From an uncultured Azospirillaceae bacterium (GTDB lineage Bacteria; Pseudomonadota; Alphaproteobacteria; RF32; CAG-239), in assembly GCA_964410325.1 (NCBI GenBank), contig CAYPFN010000008.1, forward strand, positions 6,570 through 70,569: 64,000 nucleotides of DNA, written 5' to 3'. Under the pieces are notes generated by a model. That model saw nothing but the letters and a program-made list of their open reading frames with translations, had not been told where the DNA came from and did no database searches. Of this stretch, positions 1-16,156 are shown piece after piece. Both the position numbers and the translations under genes were made by a program. How positions within the stretch are numbered: the first letter of the stretch is position 1; each line of letters opens with the position of its first letter.

Positions 1-5413
<5,413 letters not shown>

Positions 5414-5653
5414 TGTGCTTTTATCCTTTTCTTGGTTATAGATTCCGCAGCCATTCTATCGGCGTTTTTAAGGGGAGCTACCCGATATCCACGCCAAAAC
5501 CCGCCAACGGAAGGTTAAATAAAAAACGTTTTTTTATCTGTTTTGTTTTTATGGTAAACAATAAAAACAAAATACGACCGAATCATCCGAACCCCCAGGC
5601 ATTGCGCCAAACTCGGACAAATTCAACCAAATAATAAAATTTAAACTGTTGGT

Positions 5654-5682
5654 TTTCTATCTTATTTTCTGGCAAAATGCAA
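5654..5682 (-). promoter_or_regulatory. Putative sigma70 promoter of rpoBC (TTGCAT-N17-TAGAAA)
   Basis: Minus-strand -35/-10 match with 17-nt spacer about 240 nt upstream of the rpoB ATG; the -10 lacks the final T, which is common in alphaproteobacteria. Confidence 0.45.
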
Positions 5683-6083
5683 GCAGAATCTTTAGAAAAT
5701 CGTAGACATTTTATAAAATTATCTTATCAGCAGATTCAAAGGCCTGTTTCTTTCTTTTTATCCGTCAAACATAACAAACCCATAAAAAAACAAAGCATTA
5801 TAGCTGGTTTAACAATGATGGGCAGTTTTATAAATCTTCCGTTGGCATCATTAAAATGCGCAACGGGTGCGCGATTTAAATTCTGCAAAAAGTCAAAAAA
5901 ACATTCTTATTTCCATGCCGACAACGGTCAGACAAACACGGTTCTGATATTTTCCAGCCAATCACAAACTTTAAAACAGCCACCAACCTCATGACTTGGC
6001 CATATCTGTCCATATGGAACAATATCTGGCATACTTTATCATTCAGTTTCAGACAAGTTTATTTTTTTCAGAGCATCTAATAT

Positions 6084-6115
6084 AAACACCGCTCTTTAAT
6101 CAAAGAGCGGTGTTT
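6084..6115 (-). terminator. Intrinsic terminator after rplS
   Basis: Perfect 14-bp stem aaacaccgctcttt / aaagagcggtgttt with 4-nt loop. Confidence 0.8.
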
Positions 6116-6136
6116 TCTGTGAACTTGGAATAAACT

Positions 6137-6544
6137 TTATTCAGTTTTTCCTGCCAGCACATCGGCAGTGGCAGCTTTGGATGTTGCCGTCAAATCGTCA
6201 GCAATACGGGCGGAACGACCGCGTAAAGCACGCAAGAAATAAAGTTTTGCTCGGCGGACTTTACCAATACGAGCAACTTCAATCTTGGCAACATTTGGAG
6301 AATACAACGGGAAAACGCGTTCCACACCTTCGCCGAACGAAATCTTCCGAACTGTAAATGAAGAATTCAATCCGTCATTTTTACGCGCAATGCAAACTCC
6401 TTCGTAAACCTGGATACGTTCACGATCGCCTTCTTTAACCTTGGTATGTACTTTCAAGGTATCGCCGGCTTTGAAATGTGGAAGGTCTTTGCCTTCGGTG
6501 AGCTTTGCTATCTGCTCTTTTTCAATATTTTCGATAATATTCAT
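6137..6544 (-). CDS. rplS: 50S ribosomal protein L19
   Basis: GDTLKVH...[14 protein letters not shown]...[11 protein letters not shown]...RRAKLYFLR. Confidence 0.98.
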   Translation of the reverse strand: MNIIENIEKEQIAKLTEGKDLPHFKAGDTLKVHTKVKEGDRERIQVYEGVCIARKNDGLNSSFTVRKISFGEGVERVFPLYSPNVAKIEVARIGKVRRAKLYFLRALRGRSARIADDLTATSKAATADVLAGKTE

Positions 6545-6588
6545 CAGTTTTACCTTTTCTTTTTCAAAAAATTTGTTTCTTTATATAC

Positions 6589-7278
6589 CTAAACCTTTTT
6601 AGAATCAAGATATTTTTTAAAAAGGTCTGGGCGCCTGCTTTCCGTTATTTTTAAAGACTGTTCTTTACGCCAGTCTTTTATTTTTTGATGATGGCCGCTC
6701 AAAAGAATTTCCGGAACCTTATGCCCTTCCCAGTCAATCGGACGAGTATATTGCGGATATTCCAGCAAACCGTTTTCAAAACTTTCTTCAGATGATGATT
6801 CGTCGTTGCCCAAAACTCCGGGAATTAGGCGAATAACGGCATCAAGCATAATCATGGCTGCTTGTTCGCCACCAGTTAAAACATAGTCGCCGAGACTTAT
6901 TTCCTCAACACCGTATGCTTCCAAAACCCGTTCGTCAATTCCTTCAAACCGACCGCAAATAATTGACAACTCTTTAACTTGCGCCAGTTCATGAGCTTTT
7001 TTTTGCGTTAACGGCGCACCTTTCGGGCTCATATAAACCAGTCGGCCACCAGTATAATTGGCCTGTAAGGCCGCTCCCAAAACATCAGGACGCATAATCA
7101 TTCCAGCACCGCCACCGCACGGCGTGTCATCAACCGAACCATATTTGTCAAAGGCATAATCGCGGATGTTAACTGTTTCATAAACCCATGTACCTTCGCT
7201 TAATGCCTTTCCGGTTAGGGAATAACCCAAAAAACCAGGAAAAAGCTCGGGATAAAGTGTGAAAATTTTAACTTTCAT
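6589..7278 (-). CDS. trmD: tRNA (guanine37-N1)-methyltransferase
   Basis: VDDTPCGGGAGM, CGRFEGIDER, SLGDYVLTGGE, LLEYPQYTRP; start moved to the ATG overlapping the rimM end. Confidence 0.97.
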   Translation of the reverse strand: MKVKIFTLYPELFPGFLGYSLTGKALSEGTWVYETVNIRDYAFDKYGSVDDTPCGGGAGMIMRPDVLGAALQANYTGGRLVYMSPKGAPLTQKKAHELAQVKELSIICGRFEGIDERVLEAYGVEEISLGDYVLTGGEQAAMIMLDAVIRLIPGVLGNDESSSEESFENGLLEYPQYTRPIDWEGHKVPEILLSGHHQKIKDWRKEQSLKITESRRPDLFKKYLDSKKV

Positions 7279-7822
7279 GCTCTTTATCCTCATCATCTGC
7301 CGCAAAATTCATTAAAAGTGTTGAAACAACAATCCTGCCCTCGGCAATGCGAACTTGCGGAACATATCGGCGCGTAAACGGAATAAGCTCGGTTTTGCCA
7401 GTGGCGGCAAGCTTTATTTCCAAAATATCGCCGGCACCGAAATTATAAAGTCCGGAAACCTTTCCGGCAATTTGATTTGATGCCTGTTCAACAACGTCAA
7501 GCCCGATTAAATCCGCCTGATAATATTCCTCTTCTTCAAGATCGGGTAACACATCGCGGTTAACATACAATGCCGTGCCGATTAAAGCCTCGGCGGCATT
7601 ACGGTTATTCACACCTTTAATTTTGCAACGCAAAAGTTCTTTGCTGCGACCGATAACCTCCAACTCAAACAAACGTGACTCGTCTTCGTTTTCCAACAAG
7701 CCGTAGCTACCGATATCCTGATCCGAAGCGGTCCAGCTTTTGACTTTGACCTCCCCTTTGATACCATGAACACCGACAATGGCTCCCAAACAAATACGTT
7801 TTTGTTTTTTTGTTGTGGTCAT
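7268..7822 (-). CDS. rimM: 16S rRNA processing protein RimM
   Basis: GAIVGVHGIKGEVKV, EEYYQADLIGL, NFGAGDILEI; conserved position between rpsP and trmD. Confidence 0.96.
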   Translation of the reverse strand: MTTTKKQKRICLGAIVGVHGIKGEVKVKSWTASDQDIGSYGLLENEDESRLFELEVIGRSKELLRCKIKGVNNRNAAEALIGTALYVNRDVLPDLEEEEYYQADLIGLDVVEQASNQIAGKVSGLYNFGAGDILEIKLAATGKTELIPFTRRYVPQVRIAEGRIVVSTLLMNFAADDEDKEHES

Positions 7823-7857
7823 CAGACTGCTTTCTTTAAAAATAACTTAAACAAAAA

Positions 7858-8292
7858 TTATTCGGCAGAAGATTCAGCTTCTGGCGCAGTTTCTTCTGAT
7901 GCGGAAACTGCTTCAGCTTCAGCTGCAGCAGCGGCTGCCGCTTCGGCGGCGGCTTTCATCTTCTCTTCTTTTTCTTTCATTCTTTCAACTGTTTTGGCGC
8001 GCGGTGCGGACTTTTTCGGTTGCTCATGAATAACCGGCGTAGCGTACAGGCCGAGACCGGCAAATAATTTCTGCAAACGCTCGGTTGGTTGCGCGCCTTT
8101 TTTGAGCCATGCTGAAACCTTTTCAGCATCCACGACTAAACGCTGCTCATGATCTTTGGGCAGCAATGGATTATATGTGCCCAATTTTTCGATGAATCTG
8201 CCATCGCGTGGCGCCCGCTGATCAGCGGCAACAATGCGATAGAACGGGCGTTTTTTGGAACCCCCTCTTGAAAGTCTGATACGAACTGCCAT
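7858..8292 (-). CDS. rpsP: 30S ribosomal protein S16 with Ala/Glu-rich tail
   Basis: [42 protein letters not shown]. Confidence 0.98.
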   Translation of the reverse strand: MAVRIRLSRGGSKKRPFYRIVAADQRAPRDGRFIEKLGTYNPLLPKDHEQRLVVDAEKVSAWLKKGAQPTERLQKLFAGLGLYATPVIHEQPKKSAPRAKTVERMKEKEEKMKAAAEAAAAAAAEAEAVSASEETAPEAESSAE

Positions 8293-8350
8293 TTTTCTTT
8301 TTCCTTTCTGCTAATTGTTATATTCTGATTTTAAGCTTATGGCTGAAGGC

Positions 8351-9724
8351 TTAAAACCGTTTACCAAATCCGCCGAACATTCCGCTGGCTGGATTTCTTT
8401 TCATTATTTGGGAAAAGGCGGAAATGCCACCCATTTTTCCCATTCTTTTCATCATTGTCGACATCTGCTCATATGATTTAAGCAGTTTGTTGACTTCATG
8501 AACTTCTACCCCGGCGCCCGCTGCAATCCTTTTTTTGCGCGAAGCCTTGATAATTTCCGGATTTTTCCTTTCCATCCGGGTCATGGAAAGAATCATTGCC
8601 TCTTGTTTTTTAAGCAGATTATCGCCGATGCCGGCTTGCTCAATCTGACTTTTAAACTTGGAAAGCCCCGGAATCATCCCCATAATACTGCCCATACTGC
8701 CAAGCTTTTGAATCTGACGGAGCTGGCTTAACATATCCTCCAGATCAAACCGACCCTGCATCATTTTAGTGGCAACTTTCTCGGACTCTTCGCGATTAAT
8801 CTTTTCCATCGCTTTTTCAACCAACGAAACCACATCGCCCTGCCCTAAAATGCGCCCGGCTATCCGATCAGCATGGAATTCTTCAATCTCATCTAATTTC
8901 TCACCTGTGCCCAGATATTTAATCGGAACACCTGCCACCATTCTCATCGACAATGCTGCTCCGGCACGCGACGAGCCGTCAATACGGGTTAAAACAATAC
9001 CTGTAATACCGACTTTTTCATTAAATTCTTTGGCAACGTTGCAAGCATCCTGCCCGATAAGGGCATCGGCAACCAACAAAGTTTCTGACGGATTCGCCAA
9101 TTGTTTGACATCAGCGGCTTCCTGCATCAACGTTTCATCAATATGCAAACGGCCGGCCGTATCTAAAATCAGCACATCATAAACGCCTTCTTTGGCGGCC
9201 TTTAGTGCGCGCGCGGTAATTTCCCGCGGTTTTTCGCCTTTAACAACCGGCAAAACATCAACACCAAGCTGTGCGCCAAGCTGTGCCAGCTGTTCCTGCG
9301 CTGCCGGACGGTAAATATCCAGCGAGGCCAACAAAATCCGTTTATGCTTTTGCAAACGGCCGGCAATTTTAGCCGTTGTTGTGGTTTTGCCGGAACCTTG
9401 CAGACCGACCATTAAAATCACAACCGGTGCTGCGGCGTTTAAGTTTAAAGCAGTGTCTTCGTTGCCTAACAGAGAAACCAGCTCATCATGGACAATTTTC
9501 ACTACCATCTGCCCTGGCTGAATTGATCTGACAACTTTTTCGCCTAATGCCTGTTCTTTAACTTTGGTGATAAATTCTTTAACAACCGGCAAAGAAACAT
9601 CGGCTTCCAAAAGCGCCACGCGGATTTCGCGCATTGCCGAATCGATATCTGCCTCGCTTAAAACACCACGCGAGGTAATTTTGGCAAAAGCTGCGCTTAA
9701 TTTATCAGTCAACGCTTCAAACAT
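8351..9724 (-). CDS. ffh: Signal recognition particle protein
   Basis: GLQGSGKTTT, DTAGRL, GRILGQGDV, Met-rich M domain. Confidence 0.98.
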   Translation of the reverse strand: MFEALTDKLSAAFAKITSRGVLSEADIDSAMREIRVALLEADVSLPVVKEFITKVKEQALGEKVVRSIQPGQMVVKIVHDELVSLLGNEDTALNLNAAAPVVILMVGLQGSGKTTTTAKIAGRLQKHKRILLASLDIYRPAAQEQLAQLGAQLGVDVLPVVKGEKPREITARALKAAKEGVYDVLILDTAGRLHIDETLMQEAADVKQLANPSETLLVADALIGQDACNVAKEFNEKVGITGIVLTRIDGSSRAGAALSMRMVAGVPIKYLGTGEKLDEIEEFHADRIAGRILGQGDVVSLVEKAMEKINREESEKVATKMMQGRFDLEDMLSQLRQIQKLGSMGSIMGMIPGLSKFKSQIEQAGIGDNLLKKQEAMILSMTRMERKNPEIIKASRKKRIAAGAGVEVHEVNKLLKSYEQMSTMMKRMGKMGGISAFSQIMKRNPASGMFGGFGKRF

Positions 9725-9786
9725 TTAAAATCTTATCCTTGTTTCCGGTTAAAATTTAAAACAAAACCCGCTTATATAAAAAATTG

Positions 9787-9835
9787 CACGCCAGTGTGCG
9801 AACCCTCGCTGACTGGCGGCACTCCTCGGAGTGTA
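9787..9835 (-). ncRNA. Alphaproteobacterial ffh leader RNA motif
   Basis: Minus strand reads CACUCCGAGGAGUG-CC-GCCAGUCAGCGAGGGUUCGCACACUGGC: two hairpins (cactcc/ggagtg and gccagt/actggc) upstream of ffh, matching my recollection of the ffh motif. Confidence 0.75.
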
Positions 9836-10088
9836 TGTTTACCAAAATTTTAACAGTAATTTTACTTAATTTTTGCATGCTTATACATGCTTTTTTAATT
9901 TAAGTCAACTTTTTTTATCAATCCTTTGCGACCGGCGGATGAAATCTGGAATGCCACTCTGGCTCTGGCCGATAGTCTATCTGCCATACAATGTTACATT
10001 TTTGTAAAATTTTAACCACACACGTTTCCTAAAATAATAAATAAAACATCAGATATTTATAATTTGAAATCAAACCATATTTGAAATA

Positions 10089-10556
10089 TTATTTTTTTAT
10101 TTTGAGATGTTTCTCCAAAGCTTTTATAATCGCTTCCCGATCTTCCGCCGTCATAGCATACAGCGGTAGCGAAAACGCTCCGTATGGCGAACGGCGGCTG
10201 ATACGTTGCATTAGAGTTGGACGGTATGCGACATTCTCTTTGGGAGTCAAAACAATAATATCGCGTTTCAAACATCCGGAAACACATTTTTGTTCCACAG
10301 AATTGATATCTTCCCATTTTAAAAGTGCGTTATGATCAATCTTGATGCCTTCTGCGTTAATCAACGCCAAACGCTGCGGAAAAATCACGACATATAGCGA
10401 AGCTGAAAAAGAAATCAAGCACAATACGGCGGCAACACTTATCCAGCCCAAATATTCCGGACAGCAATTTCCTGCCCAGATGACCAGACAAAGCATAACT
10501 GCATTAAGCAAAACAAGCTTTTGCAGTTTTTGATTATCATAATAAAAATTTTCCAT
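10089..10556 (-). CDS. Hypothetical membrane protein (two N-terminal TM helices plus soluble domain)
   Basis: Shine-Dalgarno AAGGGAG before the ATG at 10556; two hydrophobic stretches. Confidence 0.75.
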   Translation of the reverse strand: MENFYYDNQKLQKLVLLNAVMLCLVIWAGNCCPEYLGWISVAAVLCLISFSASLYVVIFPQRLALINAEGIKIDHNALLKWEDINSVEQKCVSGCLKRDIIVLTPKENVAYRPTLMQRISRRSPYGAFSLPLYAMTAEDREAIIKALEKHLKIKK

Positions 10557-10692
10557 TTTAATCTCCCTTAAAAAAATGCTCATATTATAAATAATAAATA
10601 ATATTTCCTAAAATTTCATTATTTTGTATTGAAAAATTTATGTGCTCCGATTATAACTTTGCTAAATATAATATATCAGAGGAGATTTTGCC

Positions 10693-11886
10693 ATGCATTG
10701 CATCCGCAATATTACGGAAGATTTAATTTATATCGGCACTAGTGACAGGCGTTTGTCATTGTTTGAAAACATTTATCCGATTCCGAACGGAATGTCTTAT
10801 AATTCTTATTTGCTCAAAGATGAAAAAACCGTTTTATTAGATACTGTTGACCATTCAGTCTGCCTGCAATTTATGGAAAATCTGGCTCAGGCGCTTGAGG
10901 GGCGCAAATTGGATTATCTGGTAATCAACCACATGGAACCCGATCATGCAGCCACCATCGGCGAAGTTGTTTTGCGGTATCCAGAAGTCAAGATTGTCGG
11001 CAACGCCAAAACTTTTGGCATGATTAAACAGTTTTTTGATTTTGATGTTGATTCGCGTGCAGTCGTTGTTAAAGAAGGCGATACGCTCGTTGCCGGGAAA
11101 CATTCGCTGACTTTTGTTATGGCGCCAATGGTGCATTGGCCGGAAGTTATGGTTACTTATGACGTGAAAGATAAGATACTGTTTTCGGCAGATGCTTTCG
11201 GTAGTTTCGGCGCCTTAAACGGACACCTCTATGCTGATGAAATCAATGTCGAATATCAGTACCTTGACGAGGCTCGGCGCTATTATACCAACATTGTCGG
11301 CAAATATGGCCCGTCCGTACAGGCTTTGCTGAAAAAAGCCACAGCTCTGGAAATCAACATGATTTGCCCATTGCACGGGCTTGTCTGGCGCAAAGATATC
11401 GGCTGGTTTATCGAGAAATATAACTTATGGAGTAGCTACACACCGGAAACAGACGGAGTGGTGATTGCTTATGCTTCTATTTACGGCAATACGGAAAATG
11501 CCGTTAACATTCTGGCAAACATGCTTTCTGAAAAAAACATCAGAAACATTGCCGTTTATGATGTTTCTGCCACGCACAGTTCTATTATTGTTAGTGAAGC
11601 TTTTAAATATAATAAACTGGTTTTTGCCGCATCAACCTATAATGCGGATATTTTTCCGCCAATGGAATATGTCTTAAAGGAAATCAAAGCTCACAATCTG
11701 CAAAACCGTACGGTCGCTTTATTACAAAACGGAACTTGGGCGCCTGCAGCAGGAAATTTGATGAAAGCCATTGTGGAAAGCATGAAAAATATAACGTTAC
11801 TTGAAAATATACCGACCATAAAATCCGCCCTTAAAGAAGAACAATTGAGCGAGTTGGCACAGCTTGCGGATGCTTTAAGCAAATAA
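10693..11886 (+). CDS. fprA: Flavodiiron protein (metallo-beta-lactamase plus flavodoxin; O2/NO reductase)
   Basis: HMEPDH, HWPEVM, FSADAFG, CPLHG, YASIYGNT. Confidence 0.93.
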   Translation: MHCIRNITEDLIYIGTSDRRLSLFENIYPIPNGMSYNSYLLKDEKTVLLDTVDHSVCLQFMENLAQALEGRKLDYLVINHMEPDHAATIGEVVLRYPEVKIVGNAKTFGMIKQFFDFDVDSRAVVVKEGDTLVAGKHSLTFVMAPMVHWPEVMVTYDVKDKILFSADAFGSFGALNGHLYADEINVEYQYLDEARRYYTNIVGKYGPSVQALLKKATALEINMICPLHGLVWRKDIGWFIEKYNLWSSYTPETDGVVIAYASIYGNTENAVNILANMLSEKNIRNIAVYDVSATHSSIIVSEAFKYNKLVFAASTYNADIFPPMEYVLKEIKAHNLQNRTVALLQNGTWAPAAGNLMKAIVESMKNITLLENIPTIKSALKEEQLSELAQLADALSK

Positions 11887-11903
11887 GCTGTCGGTTATTA
11901 CTG

Positions 11904-11931
11904 AAAGACGCCCTAATCGGCGTCTTTTTTT
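11904..11931 (+). terminator. Intrinsic terminator after fprA
   Basis: aaagacgcc / ggcgtcttt stem followed by a T run. Confidence 0.85.
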
Positions 11932-12081
11932 AAGGATGCAATTTTTTCCCAAACTTTATCCGGAAGTCTGCGGCAGAGGTGTAATATTCTTCTTTTCAAT
12001 ATATAACTTTTGCTATACCGCCTCCTTTCTGTTTTGCCTATTCCCTATTCTGTTATATCCTGGTGGCGTAAATAAGCCTCA

Positions 12082-12593
12082 GTGGTTCATGCCTCTTTAT
12101 TATGCTGCAGTGACAAGCATGCCGGCAACACCGCAACAGTCTCCCAAACCCGTCATGCCGGCATTAGCGCCGACGACACCTCAATCTCAAGCGGTTCAGT
12201 CTTGAGTGGCTTAAACCTCTCGATATTGTCCAATATTGGCGACAGCATTGCCGGGAGATATATCTCCGATTGTGTCGATAGTTGTTCTGAATATACGCTT
12301 ACCGAATGTATTGATAATGCAATTTGTAAAGAGAGTGTACTCAAGACGGCGTAATTAAATATAAATTCATTTCTTGTGATGAGGGATATGCGCTCTCGCC
12401 TTCTGGAGACTGTTTAATTTTTAGTCAGAGTGATCTTGTAGATGATATAAACTGAGGTTCTGATTCTGGTTCTACTTCTGATCCTTGTGATGACAGGGCA
12501 ATCTGATACCATAAACATCTATGTACTGGTAGTGTTTCTGATGGTCAAGCGACGGAGTGTGAATGGATATGTGAGAAGTTGAACAACCTATAA
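12082..12593 (+). pseudogene. Decayed Cys-rich protein gene
   Basis: DCVDSCSEYTLTECIDNAICKE, then a frameshift in gagag (about 12331-12335) to CTQDGVIKYKFISCDEGYALSPSGDC; in-frame TGA at 12453 and 12504. Confidence 0.55.
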
Positions 12594-12728
12594 GTGTTCG
12601 GATTAGCTTCCATAAATATATTCGTGATATAATATTACAAAATAAGCAATTGTAGATAGCTAATTGGTGTTTGACCTTTTATAAATATTAGATTATAAAA
12701 AAAGCAAACTTGCAAATAAGGAGGAACA

Positions 12729-13694
12729 ATGCCTAAAGTTTTGGTTATCGGTGGCGCTGGCTATATCGGCAGCCATGTTGTCAAAGAACTTTTGGAAGGT
12801 GGCTATGACACCGTTGTTTTTGATGATATGTCTACCGGACACGAAGCCAATTTATTTAAAGAAGCCGGATTTATTCGTGGCAATATTCTGGATAAAAAAG
12901 CGCTGGATAACGCCATGAGCCAAAATATTGATGCCGTTGTGCACCTGGCCGGGAAAAAAGCTGTCGGCGAATCGATGGAAAATCCGCAAAAATATGCCGA
13001 AAACAACTTAAACGGTTCGGTTAATATCTTAAACTCCATGACAGACAACGGCGTCAAACACATTGTTTTTTCCTCATCTGCCGCGGTTTACGGCACGCCG
13101 CAATATTTGCCGTTGGATGAAAAACACCCACTTAATCCGATTAATTTTTACGGTTATACCAAAAAGGCCATTGAAGATTTGATGGCATGGTATAGCCAGT
13201 TAAAAGATTTTAATTATATTGCGCTGCGCTATTTTAACGCGGTCGGTTATGCTGCGGATAAAAGCATTGCTGGCCGGGAAAAAAATCCGCAAAATCTGTT
13301 ACCGATTATCATGGAAGTAGCTACCGGAAGACGTGAAAGCTTTGCGATCTTCGGCAGCGATTATGACACGCCAGACGGCACTTGCCTGCGCGATTATATT
13401 CATGTCAGCGATTTAGCCAGCGCCCATGTGGCGGCCATAAACCGTCTGATGAGCGATAAAAAATCTTATATACTTAATCTGGGCACCGGCAAAGGCATCT
13501 CCGTCAAAGAAATTGTCGACGCGACTGAAAACGTTATCGGCAAAAGGCTTAATTATCATTATGCCCCGCGGCGTAGCGGTGATCCTGCCGTTGTGGTCGC
13601 CAAAGCTGAAACGGCACGTAAAATACTTAACTGGAAACCGCGTTATACAAATATCGAAGAAATTATCCGGACCGTTTGGAATTTAGAAATTTAA
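12729..13694 (+). CDS. galE: UDP-glucose 4-epimerase
   Basis: GGAGYIGSH, FSSSAAVYG, YGYTK, LRYFN, GTCLRDYIHV. Confidence 0.95.
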   Translation: MPKVLVIGGAGYIGSHVVKELLEGGYDTVVFDDMSTGHEANLFKEAGFIRGNILDKKALDNAMSQNIDAVVHLAGKKAVGESMENPQKYAENNLNGSVNILNSMTDNGVKHIVFSSSAAVYGTPQYLPLDEKHPLNPINFYGYTKKAIEDLMAWYSQLKDFNYIALRYFNAVGYAADKSIAGREKNPQNLLPIIMEVATGRRESFAIFGSDYDTPDGTCLRDYIHVSDLASAHVAAINRLMSDKKSYILNLGTGKGISVKEIVDATENVIGKRLNYHYAPRRSGDPAVVVAKAETARKILNWKPRYTNIEEIIRTVWNLEI

Positions 13695-13715
13695 TATATT
13701 TTGGAAAGAAGGCAA

Positions 13716-14693
13716 ATGGGAAATTTAACAGATTTTTTCACAAATCATGCCGTTTTATCACAGAATTGGATGTGGACAATTTTCGGTGTTAGCGTTATTG
13801 CACTGCTGTTTCTGGATTTGTGCGTTTTTAACCGCAAAAATGAGGATCCTAATTTTTGGCACACTTTATGGATTTGCGTTTTTTACATTGTCATCGCACT
13901 TATTTTCGGGGTGTTCGTCATCTATGAAGAAGGCATGGAAAAAGGCATGCTCTATTTTACTGGCTATCTGTTGGAAAAAAGCTTATCCTTGGATAATATT
14001 TTTGTGATGTCTGTAGTGTTTTCAACCATCGGCGTGCCGGCAAAGTATCAGCACCGCGTGCTGTTTTGGGGAATTTTGGGCGCGCTTATTATGCGTGGCA
14101 TCATGATCTTTTTGGGCGAAGCGCTGATTTCGCATTTCCATTGGGTGCTTTATATTTTTTCTGTATTCCTGATTTATACCGGTATAAAAATGTTGACGAT
14201 TAAAGAAGGAGAAACAACGTCATTTAAAGAGACAAAACTTTATAAGACGCTGTCAAAATTTTTTCATGTAACACATGAACTGCATGAGCAGCATTTTATA
14301 TTCAAAGAAAACGGGCATTGGCATATTACGCCTCTGTTCTTTGCACTAATTATTATTGAAACTATGGACGTGATTTTTGCTTTTGATAGTATTCCAGCTA
14401 TTTTCCTGATTACTCAGGATGTTTTTATCGTTTATACCAGCAATATTTTTGCTATTTTAGGTCTGCGCGCCTTATATTTCCTAATCGCGGTAGTCATCAG
14501 CAAGTTTACTTATTTGAAACCAGCCTTATCTATTATCCTGATTTTTATTGGCTGCAAGATATTTTTGCCGCATTTCGGAATCGAAATCGCCGCATGGCAA
14601 TCTTTAAGTGTCACCTTCAGTGTTTTGCTGGGGGGAATACTGCTTTCAATCTATAAAGATTATTCCAATAAAATGATGAAGAGCAAAAAATAA
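13716..14693 (+). CDS. TerC/Alx family membrane protein
   Basis: EKSLSLDNIFV, QHRVLFWGILGALIMR, DVIFAFDSIPAI, TSNIFAILGLRALYF. Confidence 0.93.
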   Translation: MGNLTDFFTNHAVLSQNWMWTIFGVSVIALLFLDLCVFNRKNEDPNFWHTLWICVFYIVIALIFGVFVIYEEGMEKGMLYFTGYLLEKSLSLDNIFVMSVVFSTIGVPAKYQHRVLFWGILGALIMRGIMIFLGEALISHFHWVLYIFSVFLIYTGIKMLTIKEGETTSFKETKLYKTLSKFFHVTHELHEQHFIFKENGHWHITPLFFALIIIETMDVIFAFDSIPAIFLITQDVFIVYTSNIFAILGLRALYFLIAVVISKFTYLKPALSIILIFIGCKIFLPHFGIEIAAWQSLSVTFSVLLGGILLSIYKDYSNKMMKSKK

Positions 14694-14710
14694 GCAACGA
14701 TAAAAGCTTA

Positions 14711-14750
14711 AAATAATAAACCATCGGTTAATGTCGATGGCTTATTATTT
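14711..14750. terminator. Bidirectional terminator between terC and tolB
   Basis: aaataataa-a-ccatcg / cgatgg-c-ttattattt hairpin between convergent genes. Confidence 0.7.
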
Positions 14751-14821
14751 TGATAAAATGTTTTTTTTGCTTTCATATTAATACAATGTTTATAACCTGA
14801 GCCGCTTCTTTGCGGATTATA

Positions 14822-16156
14822 TTATTGCGGCAACAGCGGTGACCAGGCCGGATCAGAGGCTTCGGCCGGCGTCATGACCATTCGTTCGTTATATCCGCTG
14901 ACATCTATGGTATAAAGCCGAACCGGCGCATTTTTCCGCGCCGTGCCTTTATCCTGGCGGAAATACATTAACACACGACCGTTTGGCGACCAAGTCGGAC
15001 CCTCAACCAAATAGCCGCTTGCCAGTAAGCGTTCTCCGCTACCGTCTGGATACATAACGCCAATATAAAATTGTCCACCCGCCATTTTGGTAAAAGCAAT
15101 ATAATCGCCGCGTGGCGACCAAGTCGGTGTGCCGTAACGGCCGTTGCCAAAACTTATGCGGTGCACATTAGAGCCATCAGCATCCATAATATAAAGCTGC
15201 TGATTTCCGCCACGATCCGAATTAAACACTATTTTGGAACCATCCGGCGAATAACTCGGCGACGTATCAATAGCCGGATGTTTGGTCAATTGCCTGCTGG
15301 TATTATTAACCAGATTCATTTCATAAATTTCCGTGTTGCCATTTGCCGCAAATGAAAGCAAAACTTTGGAGCTGTCCGGGGAAAAAACCGGTGCAAAAGT
15401 CATGCCCGGGAAACGACCCAGTAGTTCTTGCTTGCCTGTCTCGACATCCATGATATAAACTTTTGGCGCCGAACCAGAAAATGACAGATAAGTTACTTTC
15501 TGCATATTCGGTGAAAAACGTGGCGTTAACGCCATGGCGGCACCCGAAGTTAAAAACTTATGGTTTTCGCCGTCCTGATCCATAATTGCCAGACGTTTAA
15601 CCCGGCGTGTGGCAGGTCCGCTTTCCGAAACATAAACAATGCGGGTATCAAAATAGCCCTTTTCGCCAGTTAAGCGTTCATATATCGCATCTGCTATAAT
15701 ATGCGAAATCCGCCGCCAATTATCTTTGGTGGTGGTATAAGAACGACCGAACAGTTGTTCGCCGGACATAACATCCCATAAGCGAAACTCAACTTTCAAT
15801 TTTTTATCCGGCGTTTCTTCAATAGCGCTTTGGATTAATGCGTCAGCTTTAATGGCTTGCCAATCAACAAAAGTTGGTTTTTGATTAATCGATGAAAAAT
15901 CCTCAATATAACTGTTTTCATTAACTAAACGAAATAAACCGCTGCGGTCAAGGTCTGCTAAAACAACTCCACGAATTTTACGAGCATAATCACCAACACC
16001 GAACAACTGACCAATGGCGTTAGAATCGTGAATCATTTTGGGAAAAGCAATCGGCATCGGTTCACGCATAGCGCCGGTAACATCAATTTCTATTTCGGCA
16101 TGAACCGGAAAAGCCAGCAAACACATAAAACTGATAATTAAATTCTTTATTTTCAT
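14822..16156 (-). CDS. tolB: Tol-Pal beta-propeller protein TolB
   Basis: Signal peptide, [14 protein letters not shown], repeated PD40-type P.FSPDG / P.WSP motifs. Confidence 0.95.
   Translation of the reverse strand: MKIKNLIISFMCLLAFPVHAEIEIDVTGAMREPMPIAFPKMIHDSNAIGQLFGVGDYARKIRGVVLADLDRSGLFRLVNENSYIEDFSSINQKPTFVDWQAIKADALIQSAIEETPDKKLKVEFRLWDVMSGEQLFGRSYTTTKDNWRRISHIIADAIYERLTGEKGYFDTRIVYVSESGPATRRVKRLAIMDQDGENHKFLTSGAAMALTPRFSPNMQKVTYLSFSGSAPKVYIMDVETGKQELLGRFPGMTFAPVFSPDSSKVLLSFAANGNTEIYEMNLVNNTSRQLTKHPAIDTSPSYSPDGSKIVFNSDRGGNQQLYIMDADGSNVHRISFGNGRYGTPTWSPRGDYIAFTKMAGGQFYIGVMYPDGSGERLLASGYLVEGPTWSPNGRVLMYFRQDKGTARKNAPVRLYTIDVSGYNERMVMTPAEASDPAWSPLLPQ

Noticed and set aside
5700-6060. 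Short Cys-containing minus-strand frames (e.g. MPDIVPYGQIWPSHEVGGCFKVCDW) and the listed ORF 5677-5994
   Set aside because: No Shine-Dalgarno, no recognisable motif and too short to distinguish from chance.
13695-13715. Expected yybP-ykoY (Mn) riboswitch upstream of the TerC/Alx gene
   Set aside because: Only about 20 nt separate it from galE, leaving no room for the motif.
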